A DNA stretch of 52,837 nucleotides from an uncultured Planctomycetales bacterium. GTDB lineage: Bacteria > Planctomycetota > Phycisphaerae > UBA1845 > PWPN01. How positions within the stretch are numbered: the first letter of the stretch is position 1; every line of letters begins with the position of its first letter. The notes beneath the pieces are model-generated. The model was not told where the DNA came from. It saw nothing but the letters and a program-made list of their open reading frames with translations, and searched no databases. Shown piece after piece: positions 8,254 to 16,018 of the stretch. The translations under genes were made by a program, and so were the position numbers. The stretch is taken from contig CAZQEN010000004.1 in NCBI GenBank assembly GCA_964591605.1, forward strand, positions 1-52,837. Reading direction: 5' to 3'.

Positions 8254-9120
8254 ATGTGCGGCATGGAAGAGAGCTCGCTTCGACAATTGCTGGCGGCGGT
8301 GCGGGACGGGCGGACCTCCATCGATGAGGCCCTGCGCGGTCTGCGGCACATGCCCTTCGAGGACCTGGGCTTCGCGAAGGTGGACCACCACCGGGCGATT
8401 CGATGCGGATTTCCGGAGGTGATCTACTGTGAGGGCAAGCGCGTCGAACAGGTGGTGGCGATCGCCGAGCGCCGCGTGAAGGGGGGCGGGAACCTGCTGG
8501 CGACGCGAGCCTCGCCGCAGGTCGGGCGGGCCCTCATCAAGCGCCTGCCCAGGGCGCGCTACAACGAACTGGCACGGACGGTCACGCTGCGCCAGCAGGC
8601 GGCGGGGCCGTCCGAGGGCTTCGTGGGCATCGTCTGCGCAGGCACGTCGGACCTGCCCATCGCCGAGGAGGCGCGTGAGACGTGCGAGATCATGGACCAG
8701 CCGACGCGGCAGTTCTATGACGTGGGCGTGGCGGGTATCCACCGCCTGCTGGCCCAGTCGGGCGAGCTGATGCAGGCGCGGTGCCTGGTGGTGTGCGCCG
8801 GGATGGAAGGGGCGCTGCCCAGCGTGGTGGGGGGGCTGGTGGCCTGCCCGGTCATCGCGGTGCCGACCAGCATCGGCTACGGGGCGAACCTGGGCGGGAT
8901 CGCCGCGCTGCTCACCATGCTCAACACCTGCGCGAGCGGGGTGGCCGTCGTGAACATCGACAATGGTTTCGGCGCCGGGTACATGGCGGCCCTCATCTGC
9001 CGGGCCGGGAGCGCCAGCGGACCGGCCGTCACTGCTCCGCACACGGCGGCGCGAAACAGATCATCACGAAAACAAGAAAGCAGGAAAACACGAAAAACGT
9101 CCGCTCATTCGGCGAAGTAG
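8254..9120 (+). CDS. larB: nickel-pincer cofactor biosynthesis protein LarB (PurE-like AIR carboxylase family)
   Basis: DLGFAKVDHHRAIRCGFPEVIYCEGK N-domain and GIVCAGTSDLPIAEEA...VVCAGMEGALPSVVGGL...VIAVPTSIGYG PurE-like core. The last ~35 codons run through an octamer repeat and are probably not conserved. Confidence 0.85.
   Translation: MCGMEESSLRQLLAAVRDGRTSIDEALRGLRHMPFEDLGFAKVDHHRAIRCGFPEVIYCEGKRVEQVVAIAERRVKGGGNLLATRASPQVGRALIKRLPRARYNELARTVTLRQQAAGPSEGFVGIVCAGTSDLPIAEEARETCEIMDQPTRQFYDVGVAGIHRLLAQSGELMQARCLVVCAGMEGALPSVVGGLVACPVIAVPTSIGYGANLGGIAALLTMLNTCASGVAVVNIDNGFGAGYMAALICRAGSASGPAVTAPHTAARNRSSRKQESRKTRKTSAHSAK
9065..9096. repeat. octanucleotide microsatellite (CAMGAAAR)x4
   Basis: cacgaaaa caagaaag caggaaaa cacgaaaa. 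It lies inside the 3' tail of the larB ORF, between the convergent larB and gmhA. Confidence 0.9.
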
Positions 9121-9668
9121 CGTTCGACCGCTTCGCAAATGAGGTGGTAGGCGATCTGATGCACTTCCTGGATGCGGTCGCTGCTGTCGTGATCGACGGT
9201 GAGGCAGAAGTCGCAGAGCGGTTTGAGCTTGCCGCCGGTGCGGCCGGTGAAGCCGACGACGATGGCTTCGAGCGAGCGGGCGACGTGGACGGCCTCGATG
9301 ACGTTCGATGAGTTGCCCGAGGTGGACAGGGCCCAGAGGATATCGCCAGCCCCGACCAGGGCTTCGACCTGGCGGGTGAAAATGTGGTTGAAGCCATAAT
9401 CATTGCCGACCGACAGCAGCGTCGAGGTGTCGGTGGTCAGGGCGATGGCGGGCAGGGCCTTGCGCTCCTTGCGGAAGCGTCCGACCAGTTCGGCGGCGAT
9501 ATGCTGGGCATCCGCCGCGCTGCCACCGTTGCCCAGCAGATAGACCCTTCCGTCGGATTCGATCGCGTGAATGATGGCGTTGCTGATGGCGCGGATCGTC
9601 TCGAGCCGGGCGCGGAGCCCCTCGACCAGCCGAAGATGCTCATCGAGCGTCTCGTTCATGCCCTTCAT
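9105..9668 (-). CDS. gmhA: D-sedoheptulose 7-phosphate isomerase (SIS domain)
   Basis: LLGNGGSAADAQHIAAELVGRF...ALTTDTS...STSGNSSNV...QEVHQIAYHLICE. Confidence 0.92.
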   Translation of the reverse strand: MKGMNETLDEHLRLVEGLRARLETIRAISNAIIHAIESDGRVYLLGNGGSAADAQHIAAELVGRFRKERKALPAIALTTDTSTLLSVGNDYGFNHIFTRQVEALVGAGDILWALSTSGNSSNVIEAVHVARSLEAIVVGFTGRTGGKLKPLCDFCLTVDHDSSDRIQEVHQIAYHLICEAVERYFAE

Positions 9669-11215
9669 CGGGACCCTCCCTGTCCGCCGTGGGTGGGATT
9701 CGCCGCATGTCGCGATTCCGCCGCGGCGGAGCGGATGCGTTCGACGATGCGGCTCGTGCTGATCCCCTCGACGAGCGGCAGGAGCACGACGCGGCCGCCA
9801 TGGCCCTCAACGAACTCGCGCCCGACCACGCCCTTGTCGGCCCAGTCCTGCCCCTTGACCAGCACGTCGGGGGCGAGGGCCTCGATGATGCCGGCCGGGG
9901 TGGGCTCATCGAAGAGCACGACATAATCGACGCACTGCAGGGCGGCGATCACCTCGGCCCGCTGCTCCTGCGGCACGATGGGGCGGTCGGGCCCTTTGCC
10001 CTGCGCGCGGACCGATGCATCGGAGTTGAGCCCGACGACCAGAACGTTGCCCAGACGGCGGCAGCTTTCGAGGAAGCGGACGTGCCCGGCGTGCAGCAGA
10101 TCGTAGCAGCCGTTGGTGAAGACGATGGATTCGCCGCGGCTGCGGCGAAGGGCCAGTTCGGAGAGGAGCTCCTGGCGGCCCCGGATCTTTCCGGTGGCCG
10201 AGCCGCTGGCGAGCCGCAGATCGGCGATCACCTCGCCGCGGGTGATCGGCACGCACCCGAACTTCTCGACTTCGAGGCCGCCGGCGATGTTCGTGAGGCG
10301 AGCGGCCTCCTCCCACGAGGCCCCGGCCACCCGCGCCGCGATGAGCATCGCGAGCACGGCGTCGCCGGCGCCGGTGTTGTCATAGACGAGGCGCGCCCGC
10401 GTGGGGACGTGGATGGCGGGCTCTCCGCGGATGGCGAGCAGGCAGCCCTCCTTGTCGAGCGTGACCAGCAGGCCGCCGAGATCGTACTGGTCGAGGAGTT
10501 CCCCGACGCTGGCCTGGATCGCAGGAAGTGAATCGTCGCGGCAGCCGGCGGCCAGGCAGAATTCGGCGCGATTCGGAGTGAGGATGGTCGCGCCGCGGTA
10601 TCGGTTGTAGTCGGTGAGCCGGGCCGGATCGACGAAGACGGGTTTGTCGGCGGCGCGGGCGGCGGCGATCACGCGCTGGCAGAGTGAGTCGGTGAGCAGG
10701 CCCTTGGCGTAGTCCTCCAGAGCGACGGCCGCCACGTCGCGCACGGCCGCCACCACGGAGTCGGCAAAGCGCGAGGCGTCAGCCTCGGAAAGCGGGCGTG
10801 TGACCTCCTCGTCGACGCGCATGAGCTGCTGGCGGTGGCGGTGCTGGGCGAGGCCGACCATCCGGGTCTTGGTGGTGGTGGGCCGGCCGGAGACGGAGAC
10901 GACGCCGCGCGTGTTGATCCGCTGCGATTCGAGCTGGGCCCGCACGCGGTGTCCGGCGTCGTCGAGCCCGACCACGCCGCAGCAGACCACGTCGACGCCG
11001 AGCTCACGCAGATTGGCCGCGACACTGCCTGCCCCGCCGACGCGGTCCTCCTCGCGCTGCTTGCGCAGGACGACGACCGGGGCTTCGGGGCTGATCCGCT
11101 CGGCATCGCCGTAGACGTAGCGGTCGAGGATCAGATCGCCCACCAGCAGCACGCGCTGCCGCCCGAACGACTCCACCAGTTTGATCAGACGCGAGACCAA
11201 AGAAACCTCGTTCAA
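9665..11215 (-). CDS. hldE: bifunctional D-beta-D-heptose 7-phosphate kinase / heptose 1-phosphate adenylyltransferase
   Basis: N-terminal PfkB-type kinase (VLLVGDLILDRYVYGD...ISPEAPVVV, NTGAGDA) plus a C-terminal cytidylyltransferase (VFTNGCYDLLHAGHVRFLE). Its stop overlaps the gmhA start. Confidence 0.93.
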   Translation of the reverse strand: MNEVSLVSRLIKLVESFGRQRVLLVGDLILDRYVYGDAERISPEAPVVVLRKQREEDRVGGAGSVAANLRELGVDVVCCGVVGLDDAGHRVRAQLESQRINTRGVVSVSGRPTTTKTRMVGLAQHRHRQQLMRVDEEVTRPLSEADASRFADSVVAAVRDVAAVALEDYAKGLLTDSLCQRVIAAARAADKPVFVDPARLTDYNRYRGATILTPNRAEFCLAAGCRDDSLPAIQASVGELLDQYDLGGLLVTLDKEGCLLAIRGEPAIHVPTRARLVYDNTGAGDAVLAMLIAARVAGASWEEAARLTNIAGGLEVEKFGCVPITRGEVIADLRLASGSATGKIRGRQELLSELALRRSRGESIVFTNGCYDLLHAGHVRFLESCRRLGNVLVVGLNSDASVRAQGKGPDRPIVPQEQRAEVIAALQCVDYVVLFDEPTPAGIIEALAPDVLVKGQDWADKGVVGREFVEGHGGRVVLLPLVEGISTSRIVERIRSAAAESRHAANPTHGGQGGSR

Positions 11216-11268
11216 TCGCTGGTAACACCAATCGTAGAGGGGCTTCTGTCAGCAGTCAATTCAGCCGT

Positions 11269-11523
11269 ATGGAGGCATTGGGCGTTGCGGTATCATGTGC
11301 CGCAATGTATTGCCGGAAGTGCCACTATGATCTGAGAGGACAGACCGAGCTCCGTTGTCCGGAGTGCGGAACGGGATTTGATCCAGCTCAGTCCGAGACA
11401 TACTTGAAGAAGCTGCCTCGGCAGGCGGGGCCAGTAGAAAGAGTGGCCGGCGTTGTGTTCGTCGCGATCATCCTGGGCTCTCTGATCGCCGTACATCTCA
11501 CAGCACAGATGAGTGGGCATTGA
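11269..11523 (+). CDS. small zinc-ribbon protein with C-terminal TM helix
   Basis: YCRKCHYDLRGQTELRCPECG followed by the hydrophobic VAGVVFVAIILGSLIAV. The same C-x2-C-GYDLRG-x5/6-CPECG motif occurs in ORF 21524-21949. The start may instead be ATG 11305. G+C is visibly lower. Confidence 0.5.
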   Translation: MEALGVAVSCAAMYCRKCHYDLRGQTELRCPECGTGFDPAQSETYLKKLPRQAGPVERVAGVVFVAIILGSLIAVHLTAQMSGH

Positions 11524-11978
11524 GAATTCTTCGGCCACAACAGGGCGCGTTTCGTTATGCGGCCGATCCGGTGTGTGTGACTGCCTGCCTGCTTTACGTC
11601 GCGAACCGGTTGATTGTTCGGCATCACGACGTTGGCGGTTTCTTCACCAACTACTTTAACGATCTGTTGCTGATTCCGCTCTTTCTACCGCCTGCGCTCT
11701 GGATCGATCGGTTCCTGAGGTTTCGTCCGGATGATCGGCCGCCAACGCTGGCTGAGATTGGCCTGCACTGGGTGATCTGGTCCATCCTCTTCGAACTGGT
11801 TGCGCCGCGGCTGTGGTTTCTCAGGACCTACAGCGACGGCTGGGATGTCGTTGCCTATGCTGTCGGCGGGGCCGTTGCGGTTCTGATATGGCGGATGAGG
11901 GCCTCCAGGCGGGGTGCTATCCCTGATGTTCGGGCAGGCGCACTATCAGAGTCGCTGATGCGTCCATCAGAATTCTGA
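11520..11978 (+). CDS. hypothetical membrane protein
   Basis: Four hydrophobic segments (CLLYVANRLIV, LLLIPLFLPPALW, LHWVIWSILFELVAP, VVAYAVGGAVAVLIW). The TTG start overlaps the previous stop; no family was recognised. Confidence 0.45.
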   Translation: MRILRPQQGAFRYAADPVCVTACLLYVANRLIVRHHDVGGFFTNYFNDLLLIPLFLPPALWIDRFLRFRPDDRPPTLAEIGLHWVIWSILFELVAPRLWFLRTYSDGWDVVAYAVGGAVAVLIWRMRASRRGAIPDVRAGALSESLMRPSEF

Positions 11979-11987
11979 GAATCGGCC

Positions 11988-12015
11988 TTGACTCTGGCCA
12001 GAACCGATGTATACT
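11988..12015 (+). promoter_or_regulatory. sigma70-like promoter TTGACT-16 nt-TATACT
   Basis: -35 at 11988-11993 and -10 at 12010-12015, both near consensus. It lies 10 nt after the stop of the upstream gene. Confidence 0.4.
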
Positions 12016-12021
12016 TCATCA

Positions 12022-12322
12022 CGCGTTGCAGGGCCTTTGTCCTGTCGCGGACCCTTGGCAATCACCTGCGAATGAGTGTTTGGCGTGTTTTCGGAGCTGG
12101 TGTGATGCTGCGCGCCTGCAGTAAAGACTGGATTAACCGACACCTACGACGCTGGTCCGGCGGGGCGTACGCGCTGATATCCCCGGCTGTCGCGGGGTCT
12201 TGGGCCTATCTGCGGCCCTGCGGACGAAGTATGGACTGGATGGAGTGCTGCGGTCCTCCGTGATCGTTCTCGCTGCTTTTTGACGCGAGAGCCCCGGAGG
12301 CAGCGGCCTTCGGGGTTTTTTT
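12022..12322 (+). ncRNA. candidate ~300-nt orphan transcript (sRNA or small-protein mRNA), family unknown
   Basis: Bounded by the promoter above and a strong intrinsic terminator. It contains only one unconvincing 62-codon ORF (ATG 12075, no SD). No tmRNA, RNase P, SRP or riboswitch signature was recognised. Confidence 0.3.
12292..12322 (+). terminator. rho-independent terminator
   Basis: CCCCGGAGGC-AGCG-GCCTTCGGGG forms a 10-bp stem (one G-U pair) followed by TTTTTTT at 12316-12322. Confidence 0.8.
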
Positions 12323-12330
12323 GTTGGCCG

Positions 12331-12410
12331 ATGGAGCCCGACGCGCGAGCGAGGGGTTCGCGCGGTGGGCTGCGATTGCCTGAACCCCTCGCTTGCGCTT
12401 CGGGCTCCAT
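12331..12410. repeat. 29-bp imperfect inverted repeat (ATGGAGCCCGACGCGCGAGCGAGGGGTTC / GAACCCCTCGCTTGCGCTTCGGGCTCCAT)
   Basis: Arms at 12331-12359 and 12382-12410 with 2 mismatches and a 22-nt loop. Confidence 0.85.
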
Positions 12411-12583
12411 TCGCACGGGCGAAGGCGCGCGGGTGATCGAGTGGCTTGTCAGGAGATGCATTGATCGGGGAGGTTGCCCCGTTTCAAGGTGAGGGTGCCG
12501 CTGGCGGCGCGCCGCACGCCCCAGGGTTGGTGCGCGCGTGTTCCGTGAACAGCATCGAAGAGGCACCGAATGGAGGTAAAGGC

Positions 12584-12656
12584 TCCAGGGTAGCTCAGAG
12601 GATAGAGCACACGGCTGATAACCGTGAAGTCGCTGGTTCGATTCCAGCCCCAACGC
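12584..12656 (+). tRNA. tRNA-Ile(GAU)-like sequence with non-complementary acceptor arms (possible pseudo-tRNA or recombination scar)
   Basis: The D arm (GCTC-AGAGGATA-GAGC), the anticodon arm (CACGG-CTGATAA-CCGTG) and the T arm (GCTGG-TTCGATT-CCAGC) are all canonical. The 5' TCCAGGG and 3' CCCAACG arms pair at only 3 G-C positions plus one wobble. Confidence 0.45.
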
Positions 12657-12964
12657 AACTCCGCTCAAAACGGAGACAGTGGGGCGGCAGGAGGTGTGAT
12701 GGTCGAGGAGGCTCGCCGCGCGGACGCGTGCCCGGATGATCCGGGTGTCGTGCGTGCGGCAACATCGAAGTGGCTTTGCATCGGGAGGATCCCGACGCTC
12801 TGCCTGCGTGAAGAAGCGCCGCGAGCACGTGGGGGGCGTGGCCGGCGCGGACGCACGCAGCCAGGTCGTCTGAATCTCGATCCGTCGCCAAGATGGGGCC
12901 GAATCGCCCGTCAGCCTTCTGTCGCCGCTTTGAAATGACCGCGGGCCGACTCCCGCGTGACGAT

Positions 12965-13037
12965 AGACGCCCATGATCCAACGGTGGCGAACCGGGCTCC
13001 AAACCCGGTTGGGTGGGTTCGATCCCCACGGCGTCTG
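12965..13037 (+). tRNA. tRNA-Trp(CCA), D-arm aberrant
   Basis: The acceptor AGACGCC/GGCGTCT is perfect. The anticodon arm is CCGGG-CTCCAAA-CCCGG and the T arm is GTGGG-TTCGATC-CCCAC. The D region CATGATCCAACGGTGGCGA keeps the AACGGT loop but has C at position 8 and a poorly paired stem. No CCA is encoded. Confidence 0.55.
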
Positions 13038-13055
13038 ATGTGCGGATGTGTTGTT

Positions 13056-13325
13056 GAAGGTTTGCAGGGTGGGCTCTGCCCACCACGGGAGGTGGTGGAT
13101 CATGCGGCACGTGGAGCGCTCTCGATCGGGAGGTGGGCGAAGCCCACCCTACGCAGGTGGTACGGTGTGTAGGGTGGGCTCTGCCCACCACGGGAGGTGG
13201 TGGATCATGCGATACGTGAAGCCCTCCCGATCGGGAGGTGGGCGAAGCCCACCCTACGCAGACTCTCGACCGTGAGGTGGGCGAAGCCCACCCTACGCGG
13301 ACTCTCGACCGTGAGGTGGGCGAAG
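13056..13325. repeat. REP family A array organised as nested tandem duplications
   Basis: Six REPs at 13056-74, 13122-42, 13160-79, 13227-47, 13266-86 and 13305-25. A 105-bp unit containing an inverted REP pair is present twice, followed by a 39-bp unit repeated in tandem. The array ends 10 nt before the SPFH gene RBS. Confidence 0.9.
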
Positions 13326-13356
13326 CCCACCCTCCGTAGACTGAAGGAGGTGAGCC

Positions 13357-14502
13357 TTGATGTTTCGGACTGTGCGTGTGAACAAGCATCAGAAGGCGCT
13401 GTGGTTCCAGAACGGCGACTTCAAGCGGCTGCTCGAGCCGGGGCGGCGCTTCGTCTGGACCGGCCCGCTGGGGCTGCTGCGCTGCCGGATCGAGCGCGTC
13501 AACGTGCTCGAAACGCGGTTCCAGCACCCGCTGCTCGACGTGCTCGTGCAGGATGCGGATGTGAAGGCGGCTCTGCGCATCGTGAACCTGACCGACACCG
13601 AGCGGGCGCTGGTCTGGAAGGACGGCCGGCTCGCGTACATCCTCGGCCCCGGTCGCCACGCCTTCTGGCGTGAGCCGTACGAGCTCGCGGTCGAGGTGTT
13701 CAACGTCGAGCAGCTCCGCTTCGCGCATCCGCGCAGCGATGTCGTGGTGGCACACCCGGAGGCCAACAAGTGGCTCAAGGGCGTGCTCATCAATGAGCAC
13801 GAGGAGGTGCTGCTCATGGTGGACGGCAAGGTGGTCGAGACCCTGAAGGCCGGGCGGCACCTGTTCTGGCAGGGCGCCGGGCGGATCGAGTTCAAGGCCA
13901 TCGACAAGCGCGAGCAGCTCGCCGACGTCGCCGGTCAGGAGATCATGACCGCCGACAAGGTGACGCTGCGGGTGAACCTGCTCGTGAGCTACGTCGTGAC
14001 GCATGCGATCCAGGCCGTCATGGCGGTGAGCGACTATGCGCAGGCCCTCTACCGGGAGGCGCAGCTCGTGCTGCGGGCGGCCGTCGGCACCCGCACGCTC
14101 GATGCCCTGCTTGGCGACAAGGAGAGCGTCGGCGGCGAGGTGCGCGAGACGCTGGCGAAGCGGGCAAGCCAGTTCGGTATGGAAGTTCGTAGCGTCGGCC
14201 TGAAGGACATTGTCCTGCCCGGCGATATGAAGGCGATTCTGAACCAGGTGATCACGGCCGAGAAGGAGGCTCAGGCCAACCTGATCAAGCGGCGTGAGGA
14301 GACGGCCGCCGCCCGGAGCCAGGCGAACACCGCCCGACTCCTGGCCGAGAACCCGGCCCTGGCCCGGATGAAGGAGCTCGAAATCCTGCAGGAGATCCTC
14401 GCAGGCACGAAGGCGACCTTCGTGTTCGGCGCCGGCAACGTCGCCGAGCAGATCCGCGGCCTGATCGCCCGCGACACCGACAACCCCAACGTCTCCAACT
14501 GA
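13357..14502 (+). CDS. SPFH/band-7 (slipin family) protein
   Basis: The C-terminal half carries DKVTLRVNLLVSYVV...FGMEVRSVGLKDIVLPGDMKAILNQVITAEKEAQANLIKRREETAAARS, typical of SPFH domains. AGGAGG lies 8 nt upstream of the ATG. Confidence 0.9.
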   Translation: MMFRTVRVNKHQKALWFQNGDFKRLLEPGRRFVWTGPLGLLRCRIERVNVLETRFQHPLLDVLVQDADVKAALRIVNLTDTERALVWKDGRLAYILGPGRHAFWREPYELAVEVFNVEQLRFAHPRSDVVVAHPEANKWLKGVLINEHEEVLLMVDGKVVETLKAGRHLFWQGAGRIEFKAIDKREQLADVAGQEIMTADKVTLRVNLLVSYVVTHAIQAVMAVSDYAQALYREAQLVLRAAVGTRTLDALLGDKESVGGEVRETLAKRASQFGMEVRSVGLKDIVLPGDMKAILNQVITAEKEAQANLIKRREETAAARSQANTARLLAENPALARMKELEILQEILAGTKATFVFGAGNVAEQIRGLIARDTDNPNVSN

Positions 14503-14504
14503 CC

Positions 14505-14541
14505 GGGCGCCCAGCCGTCGATCTCACGGTGGGCGCCCTTT
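14505..14541 (+). terminator. possible weak terminator (GGGCGCCC-18 nt-GGGCGCCC-TTT)
   Basis: Two copies of the self-complementary octamer can pair and are followed by only 3 T. It lies 3 nt after the SPFH stop. Confidence 0.25.
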
Positions 14542-14558
14542 CCCTGCGCAAAGAGCTA

Positions 14559-14663
14559 CGGGCTTCAGCCCGCGCAGCTGTCCGAATAAGGCGAATGCAT
14601 CCGAGGCTTTGGATCTGTCAACGAGGGGTTCAGTGTGCCCCGATGACCGCGCGGGCTGAAGCC
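14559..14663. repeat. two REP family C copies in inverted orientation
   Basis: CGGGCTTCAGCCCG at 14559-14572 and GCGGGCTGAAGCC at 14651-14663, between the convergent SPFH and tdk genes. Confidence 0.7.
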
Positions 14664-14673
14664 ACGCAGCTCA

Positions 14674-15237
14674 TTATCTTCGCAGCTCCGCTGGAGGTGC
14701 CTGGAAGCATCGGGCGCAGCGGGCGGTGTAGGATTCGGGGCCGCCGATCATGGTCTGGCCGGCGACGGGGGCGAGGCGCTGCGTGAATTCGGCCTCGGCG
14801 CCGCATTCGCAGCGGCCCTTGGTGTAGACGACCTCGTCGGCGATTTCGCGGAGCTGCGGGATCGGGCCGAAGGGTTCGCCCCAGGAATCGCGGTCGAGGC
14901 CGGCGACGACGACCTGGCGGCCCTGTGCGGCCAGTGCCTGGCAGACGTCGAGGAGATCGGGCCCGAAAAACTGGCCCTCGTCGATGACGACGAGTCGCGC
15001 AGCGCCCACCCGCTCGAGGATCTGGCTGGCCGACGCGACCGGCGTGGCTTCCCAGTGACGGCCACCGTGCGAAAACAACTCGCCACCCGTATATCGGACG
15101 TCCGAGGCATGCTTGAACGCTCGGGCGGGAATGCCTTCGCGGGCGGCCTGATCGAGCCGGTCGAGCAGCCGCTCGGTCTTCCCGCTGAACATGCAGCCGC
15201 AGATCAACTCAATGCCGCCCGTCCGTGAATCGGCCAT
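14674..15237 (-). CDS. tdk: thymidine kinase
   Basis: GCMFSGKTERLL P-loop, VVIDEGQFF, and C-terminal Zn-binding cysteines (CECG...CARCF). Confidence 0.93.
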   Translation of the reverse strand: MADSRTGGIELICGCMFSGKTERLLDRLDQAAREGIPARAFKHASDVRYTGGELFSHGGRHWEATPVASASQILERVGAARLVVIDEGQFFGPDLLDVCQALAAQGRQVVVAGLDRDSWGEPFGPIPQLREIADEVVYTKGRCECGAEAEFTQRLAPVAGQTMIGGPESYTARCARCFQAPPAELRR

Positions 15238-15503
15238 AACGCATGCCTCCTGATCTGCCCATCATCCTGCGGCCTTGCGGCTTTGGCAACGAGGAGTCGC
15301 CCTCCGGCAGGGCAGGCATGTGATGGCTTCGACACCACCTCCCATTCGATACACGCGTTACAGACGGAACTCCATGACAAGCTTCGATGCGGGGCTGACT
15401 TACGACAGGAGCGTCGTCGGCCGGCCGCGGGCCGCGGGCTCGGCGCGGCCGTTGTCACGTCAGACCACCGGACGATGGGCGTCCGCCTGGGAGCGATAGA
15501 GAG

Positions 15504-16010
15504 ATGAATGTCGGAAACGTGACACCCTACCTGGCGGGACAGCTCGCCCCCGCCCTGCGGTCGGAACCGGCGGACGCCGGCGCCGCAACCGCCGGACAGG
15601 CGGCCTCCGGTGCGGCAGCCACCCAGCAGACGACCGTCGCCAGCCTGAACAGCCTGTCGATCAGCGCCAGCAGTGAATCGCTCGTCGCGACGATCGGCGG
15701 AGCGCTCTCGAACAATGACCTGCTTGGAGCGCTGCTGCTCCTGCTTACCCTCGAGTACCTGAAGAGCAGCGATCCAAAGGAAAAACAGGATCTCCTGTCC
15801 CTCCTGGGCATGCTGCTGCAGCAGTCTGACAGCGGCGGCGGTTCAGGGGGGAACCTGCATTATGCGTCCTCGTCCCTGTCGATCGAGAGCACCAGCCTGC
15901 AGGTGGTCTCGAGCAGCACCGGCCTGGCGGCGTATTCGGGTGCGGACCCGACGCCGGCCAAGGCGCCCGGTGTCGATGCGGGTTCGGCGGGCCTGGACGT
16001 GGTGGCGTAG
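15504..16010 (+). CDS. hypothetical Ala/Ser/Leu-rich protein
   Basis: Strong G/C preference at third codon positions over the whole ORF. No recognisable domain and a weak RBS. Confidence 0.5.
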   Translation: MNVGNVTPYLAGQLAPALRSEPADAGAATAGQAASGAAATQQTTVASLNSLSISASSESLVATIGGALSNNDLLGALLLLLTLEYLKSSDPKEKQDLLSLLGMLLQQSDSGGGSGGNLHYASSSLSIESTSLQVVSSSTGLAAYSGADPTPAKAPGVDAGSAGLDVVA

Positions 16011-16018
16011 CCTTCGGC

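Noticed and set aside
12022-12322. Checked the orphan transcript, and the one at 25385-25617, for tmRNA, RNase P, SRP/4.5S, 6S and common riboswitch signatures.
   Set aside because: None of the following was found by eye: a GGGGCUGA...CCA tRNA-like pairing, GGAAAGUCCGG, the GGUCCGGAAGGAAGCAGCC helix-8 motif, or a B12/TPP box. The family remains unknown and needs a covariance-model search.
12595-14004. 469-codon minus-strand ORF, together with 12144-13103.
   Set aside because: These ORFs span the tRNA-like genes and REP arrays and are antisense to the well-supported SPFH gene. They are low-complexity repeat translations (VGWASPTSRSR).
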